Positions 1 through 14,585 are shown, counted from the whole stretch's first letter. The stretch: 63,609 bases of DNA, filler included, from Octopus bimaculoides (GCF_001194135.2; 8 parts of 8 records of this genome joined end to end with filler, not necessarily neighbours in it); one strand, 5' to 3'. The notes: a model not told the origin generated them from the letters alone. Numbers and translations are program-made.

Positions 1-723
1 ATTATTGCTAAACTGGTAATATGACCATCCCCAAGTACAACATATATATATATATACACACACACACACATTCATACACAGCTATTTTGCCTGGCCTATA
101 AAGAATCAAAAGTCAGTGACCGGATTAAAGAATTTGTAAGTTGAGTAAAATATTTCTTGAAGGCTTTGTATTCTCAGCCAAAATTCCACACAGCCATTAA
201 TTCAACACATATCTCTTCTCCCCTTTCTTTATATACTTCCAACAGAATCCATCCCTTGTAATGCTTGTGTTTCTTAATGGCTGTTTCCTGCCGTATATTG
301 GCTCCTGTTGAAATACAACTCAAAGAATTCTTACCTGATAAGCTGCACAGCTGCTGCTTCCAGTAACAGCTTCAGCAACAGGAATAAATTGCTATAAGCA
401 GCAATTACCGACTTAGGCATTATTTCTCCTCCAATTTCTATTCTCTAAGAAATTTACTCATTGTTTTGTCTGACTGTTCCAATTTTTATGCTTTTTTTTA
501 TTGAAGAAAGAATTTATACATGTGTGCATATAGAAAAACTAAACGTACATATGTGTACGTGTATATAGACATAAATATATGCACAAACATAGATACACAC
601 ACACATGTAACATGCTTATTTAGACAGACATATATACCTACATACCCATAAACAGACACACATATATGCATTTACACATACATATCTAAATCTGTACATA
701 CATATATACACAAAGATACATGC

Positions 724-776
<53 letters not shown>

Positions 777-1402
777 TATACACAAGTTCTCTCTCTCTCT
801 CTCTCTCTCTCTCATTCAAATATATACATGCACACACAAACATACATGTTTTATGAAGAATGCAGCATAAATTCAAAGGACCGAAATAAATATCCATGTT
901 AGAAAGACTTTAGCTGAGATGGGAAATTACAACAATGTAAGCATGTTCCAACTGCATTTCTGATGCACAGGGAAAAGATACAGAGAGGGGACACCAGATG
1001 AACTGACACTGCCCATCCGCCAACACCATGTCACTGACCACTGTGGTTGGTAAGCAAGCCACTTACCACACAGCCACAAATATATACAGACATACATATA
1101 CATATGTGTGCATACACACACACATATACACGTGTGTGCTGGAATAGACACTAAATAACGATGTATATATATATATATATATATACATACATACATATAT
1201 ATATATGTATATATATGAGATGCAGCACGGAACAGGTTGTGGTCTCAAAGCGACGAAAATATTTTGGCAAATTAAATTTAAATGTTGAAGTTTTCATGTG
1301 TGTTTTTAAATGGCTTATAAACACCTTCCACACTGAAATTGCTTGTTTCAGTGCATGATCTCAGATCAGGTCACTTGCTATGCAAATACATGTAAATATA
1401 TA

Positions 1403-1737
1403 CAGGGTGATTCAAAAGTCACCATACACAGGAACAATTTATCTTTTTATAAGAAACAATTTATAAGAACAGTTTTGTTTTTATATAACAGGCTCTATAT
1501 GGTTACCATTGTTTTGAATACACATTGCAATATGTTTACCCCACTCATTGTGAAGTTGTAATAAAACTTCTGGTGATACTTGTGCAAATGAGTTGGTGAT
1601 GCATTCCTTCAAATGATTTATGCTTTTTATCTTTTCGCGATACACCGTGCCTTTCAAATGCCCCCAAAGATAGAAAACAAGAGGGGTCAGATCAGGAGAT
1701 CTAGGGGATCTTATAAACTGTTTCTTATAAAAGAATT
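1403..1737 (-). mobile_element. IS630-Tc1-mariner deletion derivative
   Basis: TA then CAGGGTG terminus at 1403; transposase C-terminus SPRSPDLTPLVFYLWGHLKGTVY...HIEPVI; 1710-1737 is the reverse complement of about 1443-1468, so the second TIR runs into the gap. Confidence 0.85.
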
Positions 1738-2267
1738 NNNNNNNNNNNNNNNNNNNNNNNNNNNNNNNNNNNNNNNNNNNNNNNNNNNNNNNNNNNNNNN
1801 NNNNNNNNNNNNNNNNNNNNNNNNNNNNNNNNNNNNNNNNNNNNNNNNNNNNNNNNNNNNNNNNNNNNNNNNNNNNNNNNNNNNNNNNNNNNNNNNNNNN
1901 NNNNNNNNNNNNNNNNNNNNNNNNNNNNNNNNNNNNNNNNNNNNNNNNNNNNNNNNNNNNNNNNNNNNNNNNNNNNNNNNNNNNNNNNNNNNNNNNNNNN
2001 NNNNNNNNNNNNNNNNNNNNNNNNNNNNNNNNNNNNNNNNNNNNNNNNNNNNNNNNNNNNNNNNNNNNNNNNNNNNNNNNNNNNNNNNNNNNNNNNNNNN
2101 NNNNNNNNNNNNNNNNNNNNNNNNNNNNNNNNNNNNNNNNNNNNNNNNNNNNNNNNNNNNNNNNNNNNNNNNNNNNNNNNNNNNNNNNNNNNNNNNNNNN
2201 NNNNNNNNNNNNNNNNNNNNNNNNNNNNNNNNNNNNNNNNNNNNNNNNNNNNNNNNNNNNNNNNNNN

Positions 2268-2309
<42 letters not shown>

Positions 2310-4459
2310 TGTACATACACAGGTATATATGTACATATGTTTATACAAGTGAATACATACACAAGCATTAACATATAAATATGCATTTGTGTGTGTGCAT
2401 CCTTTTGTGTGTGTATTGTAGAAAGGCAATAACATGGCTATGTGACGCCTTGAGCAACTGCCTTTTACTCTAGAACCAGGTAAACTAGTGCCTTGTGAAG
2501 AAATTAGGTAGACAGAAACTGTGCAGAAGCATACAACACACACACACACACACCACATTCGTGTGTGCGTTTATATAAATATATGTATGTACGTATATAT
2601 AATGAGGATGATTGTGGAATGTTGTGTTTTATTGTTATTTTTTCTTTTTTGTCTTTTTAAGTTGCAATCACACTCTGTATCTTTTTTCCTTCCTCTTTTT
2701 CCTGCCTTTTGTTTCTCTCGACGTTTCTTTGTCTGTTTACCGTGGTTTCCCAACAACAGAAAACAATAACAACAATGGTAATCATGACGATGATAAGAGG
2801 AAGAGATATAGGTAGAAGATACGGAGGGGGGGGTGAGGGGAAGATAGAGAGAGTAATAAAAAGAACAGGAGAAAGAGAGCGGGGGAGAGAGGAATATAAT
2901 GTAGAAATGAAAAAGAAAAGAAAATATCGGATAAAGGAGAGAAATGTAAGAAAGATAATGTGGTTGGTTTAGGATATTTCTTGTATTCCAATGAAATATC
3001 AGATACATGTGGAATGAAGTTTTACACACACACACACACACATATATATACTTACATATACATGGACATATATACAGATATATATACATCCATACATATA
3101 CAAATATACATGCATATAAAGACACCCACATATATATACGCACACATATGGATGTTGTGTTTGTGTGTGTATAGATAGATAGATAGACAGATAAATAGAC
3201 AGATAGATAGACAGATAGATAAATAGATATAGAAAGATAGATAGATGTACACACATGCATATACACACATACATATCTAAGTATATATGCACACACGCGC
3301 ACACTCCCTCTCTTCTAAATAGAGATATCAAACAATAAGCACTTATATTGATGTTGTTTGCAAGAAGAAATGACCTTTTGTGAGTACTATTCACAGGTAA
3401 TTTGTAAAGAGGTCAAGTGTGTGAACAAGCAAAAATTCTAAGTTTACATTAGACAAAGAAAATATTATACACTATATATATATGTACATACACCAATACA
3501 TTACTTAAACACACACTCACACATACACATGCATGCACACATACATATTCACAGGCACACATATACATATGTATGTACACACATATACACTATGCTACTC
3601 TCACTCACACACAGATAAGAAGTTTTTATGCAGTCACTCCAACTGCCAGAGATAGCAACCAAAATCTCCCAGGAATTAAACTCCTACCATTTTATAAAAT
3701 GGAAGGACATACTAGGGGATGTAGTTTCTGGTATAGCACATGATAGGATTGTCATGGTTGGAGTATCTTCAGTCTTAACTCTACTCAATCGGTGCTGACA
3801 TAGGGTTAAACAATCAGCCACCAATCACAGACCCAGTATAAGGTTCAGTCTTTGCTGTAAGGTTGTGGCTTACATGCCCCAAGGACCCTGAGTGCCATAC
3901 CAGCGGAGCACAAGCTTCTTGGAGGGCCTCCCTTGCTAGATAGGTAAAAAAAAAAAAGAGGCCAGACTAATTTGGACCATCTCTTCCTAGTGGTAAAAAT
4001 TGGTCTGCATAGGGCCAATAGCCATCTCTTCCCATGAAAAATGCAAAGTTACACAGGCATTGATGACAATCCAAAACCAACATGACCTCCTCAAAGAGGA
4101 AGGCCTTCTATCAGAGAAACATAGGATGTGGTGCAGTAATATCCAAAAGGAAACTGCAAAGGAAAAGCAGGGATTCAATTGAAGAAAAGCAGAAAGGACA
4201 GCACAGGGTTGAGAACAATAATGTTACACACACACACACACACACACATACACACACACACACTTGCAAAACTGTTAAGTTATGGGTTGTAACCAAACCC
4301 ACACTGGTTGTCAAGTGGACACACACACACACACACAGCAGGTTTCCAATTAACAAAGTTACTGACATTCTATTGGCCAGCTTAAGTGCCACACAGTGGG
4401 ACTGAAGCCAGAATCACATGGTTGGGAATCAAACTTTTTAACCATGCCAGCATCTATAC

Positions 4460-4940
4460 CTGGCCGATGACAGAACCGCCTGATTGGCACTCGTGCCAGT
4501 GGAACGTTAACAGCACATCTGAGCATGATCATTGCCAGGGCCACGGATTGGCTCTTGTGCTGGTGACATGTAAAAAGCACCATTCAAGCGTGATCATTGC
4601 CAGTATCGCCTTACTGGCACATGTGCCGGTGGCATGTGAAAAAAAACATTTGAGCATGCTTGTTGCCAGTACCATCGGACTGGCTCCCATGCAGGTAGTA
4701 CATAAAAAACACCTTTTGAGAGTGATTGTTGCCAGAACCACCTGACTGGCCCTCGTGCTGGTGGCACATAAAAGCACCCACTACACTTTCGGAGTGGTTG
4801 GTGTTAGGAAGAGCATCTAGCCGTAGAAACTTTTCTAGATCAGATTGAGCCTAGTGCAGCCTCCTGGCTCACCAGTCCTGTCAAACTGTCCAACCCATGC
4901 CAGCATGGAAAGCGGACATTAAACGACGATAATAATGATG
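4460..4940 (+). mobile_element. repeat family D (RTE-related non-autonomous element) with internal tandem units
   Basis: GTGGTTGG..TTAGGAAG(G/A)GCATC motif and CCAACCCATGCCAGCATGGAAA..GGAC.TTAAACGA tail ending in GAT/AAT repeats; other copies at about 990(-), 5470-5650, 6110-6375. Confidence 0.7.
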
Positions 4941-6375
4941 ATACATATATGCATTATGTATACATACATTATATATATACATAAACACATTATACATATT
5001 TGTTTACATCAAGGTTGCAAACCACTGCTCTAAATTAACAGACAAAATAAATAAAAGAGCTTTTTGTTTGTTTGTTTGCTTGTTTTTTTATCCCATTTCA
5101 CATTCTGTTTACTAGTTAGATTCAATGAATTAAGTAAAATAAATTCAAAGACAAAGAATGCAGACAGTGCTGTTTTCAATAACATAAACAGGATTCGTTG
5201 AACTAAATTGATAATATACCAGACAATTATATCTCTATGGCATTTTACTGAATGTTCATAATTTGAAAAGAAAAATGACAGATAAACATTGAAGAATTGA
5301 CGATTGTGGAATTTGAAAAGGAACCAAATTACAATGTCTGGCTGTTTAGCCTTCAACACCTGAAATAAAATCACTTCCCACTCTCTCAAATTCACTTCCA
5401 CTAAGTAAAAGGTAGGTTTTTTCCTTTTCCTTTCTTTGTCTTGCAAGTTACCTGGTGGCTTTAATATTGCTGGCGCCATGGGAAAAAAGCATATGGTGCA
5501 CTATGTAAGGTGGTTAGCTGTAAGAAAGGCATCTAATGATGGAAACTGTGCCAAAGTTGACACTGGAGCTTGATGCAGGTCTGCAGGTCATTGGATCCTG
5601 CCAAACTGTCCAGTCCATGCTAGCATGGAAAACGGATATTAAAGGATGATGGTGTTTATTTCAAATAAACCACCACCACCACCACCTGACAACTGGTGTT
5701 GGTGTGTTTACGTCCCCATAACATACTGGTCCAGTGAAAGAGACCGCTAGAATAGGTACCAAGCTTTAAAAAAATAATAAATACTGGTATTTGGTAATAA
5801 AGGTTGGAAAAAAAAATGTGTCTAAGGGCAAAAGGATTTCCTTCATATTCACTATTAACAAGTGGGCCTGAGTCTTCTTTTTAAACAAATTTACATCACT
5901 TTAACCCTTTAGCATTCAGATTCCTCTATCAAATGTAATGCTTATTTATTCACACTGTTTTCAATTAACCATGTACCTTTGAAATTTCAAATGATGCGAT
6001 TATTTTCAGAATGGCATTGTAGGGTAGATGTGAGAGGCTGGCCAAGTGTACCAATCACTATGGGTTTCATGCCCACTTTCTTCTTCATTATTATTATTAT
6101 CATTATTTGCCAGCCGCCCCAGACTGAATCCTGTGCCGGTAGCATGTAAAAAGCGCCATCTGAACGTGGTTGGTACCAGTACCACCAGACTGGTTCCCAT
6201 GCCGGTGGCACGTAAAAAGAACCCACTACACTCTCAGAGTGGTTGGCGTTAGGAAGGGCATCCAGCTGTAGAAACATTGCCAGATCAGATTGGAGCCTGG
6301 TGCGGTGTCCTGGCTCCCCAGTCAAACCGTCCAACCCATGCCAGCATAGAAAACAGATGTTAAACGATGATGATG

Positions 6376-6409
<34 letters not shown>

Positions 6410-6739
6410 GACTCAATCAAAATCAGTTACAATAAAACGAAATCACCCAGCTTATCTCTGATTGATAAATATTCAAACAGAAATCAGAAGGATCAATGAA
6501 GGAAATTATATTTCTTAGAGAAAAGTTCTCTGGCTATTTTGTTGTTTAATGGCAGTGATTGTCACAAGTGGAGGGCCAAGCAATTTCTCTGATACAATGG
6601 ATTTAAATACTGGCAGAAGGAAAAGAGATTCCTGATTGCATAGCAACAAGAACTTAACTGAAAATAAGCCTCAACCTATTTGTAACAAGGTTTTAATAGT
6701 TTCATAGTGATTATTGACTGAGGAAACGATTTGGTGTTG

Positions 6740-7260
6740 ACTGACAGAGTCAGGGGAGGGGAGAGGGGGGAGGAAGAGGGATAGAGAGAGAAGGCAAGAA
6801 GAGAGGACAAGGAGAGGAGAGAGAATACAGAGAGAGTAGAGAGTGAAGAGAGAGGGAGAGAGAGAGAGGAGAGAAAGAGGAGAGAAGAGAGAAAGTAGTG
6901 CAAGAGACTGGAGCAAGAGAGAGGAAAGAGAGAACAGAGAGAGGGTAAATAGCAAGAGTGAGAATAGGGAGGGGGAGGATAGAGAGAGACTAGAGAGGGA
7001 GAGAGAGAGACTAGAGAGGGAGAGAAAGACTAGAGAGGGAGAGAGAAAGACTAGAGAAAGAGAGAGACTAGAGAGAGAAAGACTGGAGAGAGAAAGACTA
7101 GAGAGAGAAAGATGAGAGAGAGAGAGACTAGAGAGAAAGACGAGAGACTAGAGAGAGAGAAATTGAAGAGTGACAGAGAATAGAGGGAGAGGGAGAACAG
7201 AGAGAGGGGAATGAGAGACACAGAAATAGGAAGAGAGAGAAAGAGAGAAAGAAGGTGAGT
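6740..7260. repeat. purine-rich (GA)n / GAGAGACTA compound repeat
   Basis: Direct inspection; accounts for the E/R-rich and L/S-rich ORFs here. Confidence 0.95.
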
Positions 7261-8943
7261 AACGTATACATGCGCAAGGTTGGCGGTGGGGTGTAAAGAC
7301 CAAAGCAAAACAAACAATTGCAAAGAAAAAGAAAGCAAAACTAGGTCACCTCCAGTTATCAATAAACTCCTCAAGTGGGAGAGGGGGAGGAGGAGGATGG
7401 GAGGGAGAAACGAAAGAAAAAAAAAACGAGCAATTAGACTTGAATACAGGTAGAGTTCAAACTAAGCAGAGGTGGTAAATATAAATAACACCTTACAAAG
7501 TGTTTAAGGTTGTCAAGTATATAAAGTTTTCTTTGAGAGATGTCACTGCAGTCTACTGTTCACCCACCCAGTTCTTTCTTCCTCACTCAACAACACACAC
7601 ACACACACACACACGTTTTGTGATCCATATCTCAATTCTAAATATATATATATATCCCATCAGACACAGAAGAGAAACAGAAAAATCATTGTTTTCATGG
7701 TATTGAATATTCCAGTGCAAACAACAAGCAGATAAGTTACTTTCTCAATCGATTATGCATTCAGCTAGAGTATGGAACAAGATCCATTCATCGTAGATCT
7801 CACGTCGAGATAATGACATAATAAGCGATAACAACATCAGGTCGTCAGAAGGCGTCGAGCTGGCAGAATTGTTAGCACACCGGACGAAATGCTCAACAGA
7901 ATTGGGTCTGTCTTTATGTCGAGTTCAAATTCTGCTGAGGTTGACTTTGCCTTTCATCCTTTCGAGGTCAACAAAATTAAAATAAGTACCAGTTGTGCAG
8001 TGAGGTTGAAGTAATTAACTTGCCCACCTCCCTGAAAATGCTGGCCTTGTGCCAAAATTTGAAACCATTGTTGATCATTGCAACTATTCCAGGTCTCTAT
8101 AATTTGAGTGCAAATTCCACTGAGGTCAACTTTGCCTTTCGTCCTTTTGAGATCGATAAAATAAGTACCGGTTGCATACTGGGGATGATGTAATCCCAGG
8201 TGACCTGTCGAACCGAGTCCCAATCAATCCTAATCTCCACAAGATACCCCTTCATCTGTTGTAGCTATATGGCATGTGGCTGACCAACATGAGCCGTCAA
8301 ACCAGCCAAATCATCAATGAAGAGAACATGGTAAGCAGGAGGGACTAACTTGGAAAATCAAGCAACATGACCATGTTGTTTGGCCAATACAGTCAATTAA
8401 GTAAAAAAAAAAAAAAATGAACATCTAGAAGCCATGACGGTTTCTAATCTCAGAAACAACAAACTTGCAGTATATAATCATCATTGTCGTCATCGTCATT
8501 AACGTCAGCATCATTTTAATGTCCACTTTTCTATGCAAGCATAGTACAGAGCATAGGAGTGCATTGAGGTAGATTTTCAACTGCTGGATGCCCTTCCTAT
8601 TGTCAACCCTAACCTGGTGCCAAGTAAGGTAATATTTCCCTGTGGCTGGACATAATTCCACAAAATATTGGAAATGAACAACATTTGTTTATAACAAAAA
8701 CGTAATGTCAAGACAAGGAGAGACAAACTCATATATATATGTGTGTGTGTGTTGTTGTATTTGGGGATGGTCATATTGCCAGTTTAGCCAACACACGATT
8801 TCACATCAAAAATCTTGCAAAACAAATATATAAACAGAATATCTATATATATAAAAATGAGAATGTGTGTCTGTCTGTCTGTCTCTGTGTGTGTGTGCGT
8901 GTGTGTGTGTGTGTGTTTCCCTAAAACTCGAGAACTACACAAC

Positions 8944-9043
8944 NNNNNNNNNNNNNNNNNNNNNNNNNNNNNNNNNNNNNNNNNNNNTTAATTAATTAAN
9001 NNNNNNNNNNNNNNNNNNNNNNNNNNNNNNNNNNNNNNNNNNN
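8944..9043. other. artificial scaffolding spacer
   Basis: 44 N + TTAATTAATTAA + 44 N; identical spacers at 31054-31153, 37602-37701, 48672-48771, 54020-54119, 57980-58079, 61401-61500. Confidence 0.95.
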
Positions 9044-9401
9044 GGCACTCCGTCGCTTACGACGACGAGGGTTCCAGTTGATCCGATCAACGGAACAGCC
9101 TGCTCGTGAAATTAACGTGCAAGTGGCTGAGCACTCCACAGACACGTGTACCCTTAACGTAGTTCTCGGGGATATTCAGCGTGACACAGTGTGACAAGGC
9201 TGACCCTTTGAATTACAGGCACAACAGAAACAGGAAGTAAGAGTGATAGAAAGTGGTGGTGAAAGAGTACAGCAGGGTTCGCCACCATCCCCTGCCGGAG
9301 CCTCGTGGAGCTTTAGGTGTTTTCGCTCAATAAACACTCACAATGCCCGGTCTGTGAATCGAAACCGCAATCCTACGACCGCGAGTCCGCTGCCTTAACC
9401 A
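9044..9401 (-). mobile_element. tRNA-derived SINE family C
   Basis: Minus-strand tRNA-like head (GGTTAAGGCAGCGGACTCGCGGTCGTAGG...GGTTTCGATTC); other copies at 22457-22616 and about 40840-41105. Confidence 0.85.
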
Positions 9402-10604
9402 TATATATATGTGTGTGTGTGTGTGTGTAAATAGTAATGGATTACTCCAAACATTTAACGGTTTACTCTTAGGTATTCGAAATAGGTTATTCAACAGTTA
9501 ATATGTAAATCCAATAATATTTTCATAAGAACATTTCTAGGTTTTTGTGCAAATGATAGGTACAGATGAGAATTCATAGTCAGGATACAAGAGCTGTAAG
9601 TTCTTATGTATGTATGTATGTATGTATGTATGTATGTATGTATGTATGTATGTATGTATGCATGTATGCATGTATGTGTGTATGTAAGTATGTATGTACG
9701 TATGTATATATATGTGTGTTTGTGTGTATCTGTGTATGTATGATGAATGCGCGTGGTCTAACGTTTAAGATGTCGCTCACATGAGCGCAATATTGTGGTT
9801 TTCATTCCCTGACCGGCGGTGCGTTGTATTCTTGAAAAAAAATACTTCATGTCAAGTTGCTCCTGTCCGGTCGTCTGTAAATGGACTGGTGAGCCGTTCT
9901 GGGGAAATATTGGCCTGCTTACCTAGTCAGTAGGATGGTATCATTCGAAAGCTACAACAATGCCAGGAAGTGCATTATGATCAACAGTGTATGACAACAT
10001 CCGATAGTCTGGTCGATAACACTATTCTAAAGTTTCACTCCTGTTGATTACTATTCAGTCGCAGGCAGTGTTTATGTTATTAGGGCTGTTGACACCGTCT
10101 AACTGAATGCTACTGCCAGGTGTCGAAATGATAGTGACATTCATTTGGCAGCCGATGATGGAAATATATATTTGTTGTTTGTGAGTATTTTATATTTTAG
10201 TTTTGTTATTCTGAGTTGTCATTCATTCTCGTGAAGTGGAAAGTGTTCGTATATTCATGGTTTGTGTATTCATGATTTTGGTTGCTTTTCTTCATAGATA
10301 ATCGTTTTAGACTTAAGATACTGTGATCATATTCTGCAAATTGATTGGTCAACGTATACAGCCGGTTACTACAGGAATTTTCCTAAGCTATTTCAGCTGT
10401 TAAATATTTTTGTCTTCCTTGAAATATGGTATCTGTAAAACATCGTACATCTCTAATGGTCTTGAAGAAGAGCAAAACTATGTTTTATTGGCAAATAAAA
10501 ACATAAAATTCTTTATCAGATTGCATAATTCTGGCTTTATTCAAGAATTGTTCTCAATGATCATGATGATAATGATGATGATGATGATGATGATCAACAT
10601 CATG

Positions 10605-10660
<56 letters not shown>

Positions 10661-10840
10661 GTAACACATTCATCATCAAAAATTTCACTGACAAAATTTT
10701 TAAAATTCAGCAAATAATTGTAACTTGTGGCACCTGACTTACTAATGTAAAATAAATGTATTCACTCTGTGAGGGATGCACTAGGTGTGTATGTATGTAT
10801 GTATGTATGTATGGATGGATGGATGTATTATATAGACCTA

Positions 10841-11488
10841 CGTGGTTTGATCAATAAGTTTCCGGACTGTTGCCATAGTAACGAAGCTAAGACACGTGCA
10901 TGTGCACTAAGTTTAACGTTTTAGCTCACTTCCGCCATTTACAGCAGTGTGTAACGCGTGATCGTCGCATTGACCATGACACGCCTATGCAAAGTTGCAG
11001 AAAGTGTATGGAGAGGAGTGTATGAGTCGCACATAAGTGTACGTGTGGTTCAGACGTTTCGAAATTGACCGAAAAAATGTCGATATTGACGAACGTTCTG
11101 GGAGACCCGTAACCAGCAAAGGTGAGAAAAACATCGCAGATGAACGTGCAAATGTGAGGGGAAATCGAATCCCCATTCGTGAGTTATCGAGAACGATGAA
11201 AACTATTTGAAAACTTTACGATGGCCTCTGAGTAGGTATCGCCAAGCTTTTGTCAAAATTTGATGCAGATTTTCTGCTCAGTTTTCTCTGACATGGCCAA
11301 TACAACGATCACACGCTAGGCACTGCCCTTCCAAGCACTAGTGTAAACAACGGAAGCGAGACAGAACGTTAAAACTTAGTGCACATGCACAGGATAATTG
11401 AAGGTTAATCTGTACTAAGCGGCTTTACTCTGTGTGCTTTAGTTTTGTTACTATGGCAACAGTCCGGGTACTTATTGATCAGACCACG
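10841..11488 (+). mobile_element. mariner non-autonomous element
   Basis: TA on both flanks; TIRs CGTGGTTTGATCAATAAGT...GTTGCCATAGTAAC / GTTACTATGGCAAC...ACTTATTGATCAGACCACG; internal HTH remnant KLQKVYGEECMSRT*VYVWFRRF...DERSGRP. Confidence 0.9.
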
Positions 11489-11517
11489 TACATATATATA
11501 TATATATATATATTATT

Positions 11518-11705
11518 TATTTATTTAAAGATCACAATACACGTATTAAAGCGCTACAAATAATTTCATATGTTGAGAAAACTCAAACGTATTCTTCAGG
11601 GGCAAACCACATATAATAACGAACTAAAGAATATGTTTGAGTTTTCTCAAAATATGAAACTGTTAGTAGCGCTTTAATACATGTATTGTGATCTTTAAAT
11701 AAATA
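11518..11705. repeat. long inverted repeat (palindromic MITE-like element)
   Basis: Arms of about 79 bp (11518-11596 and 11627-11705), few mismatches, 30-bp spacer. Confidence 0.85.
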
Positions 11706-12248
11706 ATATTTATCTCTCATCAGATGGAATACTTTTTTTGTTGAATTTTCTCTCACGGAACAGTACTTCGATTCAAAACAAGAGCTCAATATATCCCATC
11801 AAATAGTCATGACTTTGATAGTGCAGTCAATTAAGGGGACCGTCATTACTATGTGTCTTTCTCCTAGAAGAGTTGCCTTCACCATGTATACATACATACA
11901 CATAAAAAAAGATATAAATTTTAAAATTCTCACAATTTGAAATTTATATATNNNNNNNNNNNNNNNNNNNNNNNNNNNNNNNNNNNNNNNNNNNNNNNNN
12001 NNNNNNNNNNNNNNNNNNNNNNNNNNNNNNNNNNNNNNNNNNNNNNNNNNNNNNNNNNNNNNNNNNNNNNNNNNNNNNNNNNNNNNNNNNNNNNNNNNNN
12101 NNNNNNNNNNNNNNNNNNNNNNNNNNNNNNNNNNNNNNNNNNNNNNNNNNNNNNNNNNNNNNNNNNNNNNNNNNNNNNNNNNNNNNNNNNNNNNNNNNNN
12201 NNNNNNNNNNNNNNNNNNNNNNNNNNNNNNNNNNNNNNNNNNNNNNNN

Positions 12249-12337
<89 letters not shown>

Positions 12338-14546
12338 TGGTTGTATACATGTATGGATGTATGCATTTATGCATGTATCTATATTTGAATGTATGTATGT
12401 ATTTTGCTAAATTCTAGCAATTCTTGTTTTGAAAACTACAATACCGAATCAACCCTGTGTCAGTCTCTTCGTGCAAATACAAAATCTTCAGATATTACAA
12501 ATATGTACGTACGTATATACAACATATATCTGTGTATGTGTATATATAAAATTTTTGGTTGATGAGGATATGTAATCCAAGCGGGTGCCAATATGCACTT
12601 ATGTACCCTAAGTTGGTTGGTTTAAATATTCTTCGTACGCATATGTACGTATATGTACACGCGCGTACATATATGCACCCACTCACACACACACATACAT
12701 GATTGTATGTTTGTGTGTGTATTTGTCTTGTAGAAGACACAGACTTCAAAACCTCTTGTATTGATTCCTGTAATATATAATGCCTTTGAGGAAAATAGTA
12801 ATAGTCGTCCTGGTGATAATAGTGTATTTTTGTTCTTTAACTGAATGTTCTGAGTTCTGATTCGACCGTGCATTTAACATTCCAAGATCAATAGCTCAAG
12901 TACTTTTGCTAGACTTGTGTATATTCAGAGTTAACTTTACAAAGGTAACTTTGTAGTTTCGCATTAATTATTTACAAAAGAATCATTAGCACTTTTTTTT
13001 TACTAATGATCATGCGGGGAAAAGAAATATGATGCAATGTAGTATTAGATACAATGTAGTATTAGATACAATGTAGGATTAGAGTTGTTATACTAAACAT
13101 TCTAATACGTGCTATTGATTTCATATATAGAAACGTAACCATGATTTTCAGTGGGAGGCGGGTGTTTGATCGATTGTATCGACCTCAGTGACAGATACTT
13201 TCTCTTTCGACACTGAAATGTTGAAAGGGAAAAGTCGGCCCTAGCAGGAATTGAACGTAAAAATGCTGAACTAAACATTGTAGAATAAATCGTCCAACAC
13301 GCGACTGTTTCTGCCAATCTACTGTCCCATAATGTTCTTTATTGCCAGAATGCAATATTGGGGCAAAGTCATGTGATACGAGGATGGTGCAGCTGAGCTT
13401 ATTTTATTAACTCTCAAAAGTATAAAAGGCAAAGAGATATAAGAATAGATAGAAGAAATCTGAAGTGAGAAGCCAGAAGGATGAAACTAAATTATATTAT
13501 TCGCCATTTCTTGCTATTCTCTAACGTTTAACCACGGAGTTCTGTCACTCAATACGACCAGCTTTTGCATTGATATTGCTTTAAAATTTGACATGAACTG
13601 TGATATTCAATACGGTCAGACTGTATCAACAGGAAATCTTCTTTCATTCCTGGTTAAAATAATGGAAGCGGAATAAATTTGATTTGGCGAAACTATTAGT
13701 CTAGGCATAAGTTGATGATAGTGAATTTATATGGACAACAGACACGTTGTATTATTGATTAACTAGAAAATTTAATGGAAATGTGTGTTAGTGTGTTTAT
13801 GTGAATGTAATTATGAGCATATTTCGGAACACATTTTTAATATGGTGTACTAATAAATTGCTTCAGAAAAGTGTCTATACATGTTTATATTATTTCATAA
13901 GTTAATTAGAGAAGAAGTGCCCGTGTGTATATGCAAAAAGATGTAAGATGGATAGTTATATATGCAAGCTAATCTAGAAATTTAAATGTGAACATGAGTA
14001 TATATTTACACACAAAATTCATTACTTAAGTCTGTATAACGTCGAGCTTATTTAACTTAAAGTATGAATATAGAAGGATAAGAGCTATACACAAAATATG
14101 TATAAAACTATATGTAAAAATGAATACATAAATATGTAAATATATTAATGGCTGCATATGTGAGTGCATAATTAAAATAATTGTATTTGGATGGGACACA
14201 ACTGAAAACAGATAATTCTATTTCAAGCTACTTTGCATCTTGTTCACCTACTTTACAGTAGACATAGATATCTTTGGCGCCTAGATTACTCAATGCTGAT
14301 ACACAAAGATTGACAGAGACGCTTCTGATTCCTATAAACCAATACACACACATGCTCACACCTATGTATGTGTATGTATCAATGCGAGTATATGTGTGTA
14401 CGTACGTGCGTACGTACGTACTTATGTATGTATGTATGTATGTACGTACGTCTGTATGTATATATATTTATATATTTATTATAAATTATATATCATGTGT
14501 AATATATATATTATATATATATACACGCGTACACACACACACACAT

Positions 14547-14585
<39 letters not shown>

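Noticed and set aside
335-391. Minus-strand 57-nt micro-exon candidate QFIPVAEAVTGSSSCAAYQ with CAG/GTAAG donor
   Set aside because: Weak acceptor, no partner exon and no recognisable protein
616-3394. Many ORFs rich in YI, CV, HT, ER or LS dipeptides (also elsewhere in the window)
   Set aside because: Translations of (TA)n, (CA)n and (GA)n microsatellites or of N gaps
5448-5504. 57-nt exon-like segment LPGGFNIAGAMGKKHMVHY with a good pyrimidine tract
   Set aside because: Its 3-prime part and the GTAAGG donor are the degenerate head of repeat family D
13035-13081. Short tandem repeats (17-bp unit here; 24-bp unit near 54680) as CRISPR-like arrays
   Set aside because: Only 2-3 adjacent units, no spacers, eukaryotic context
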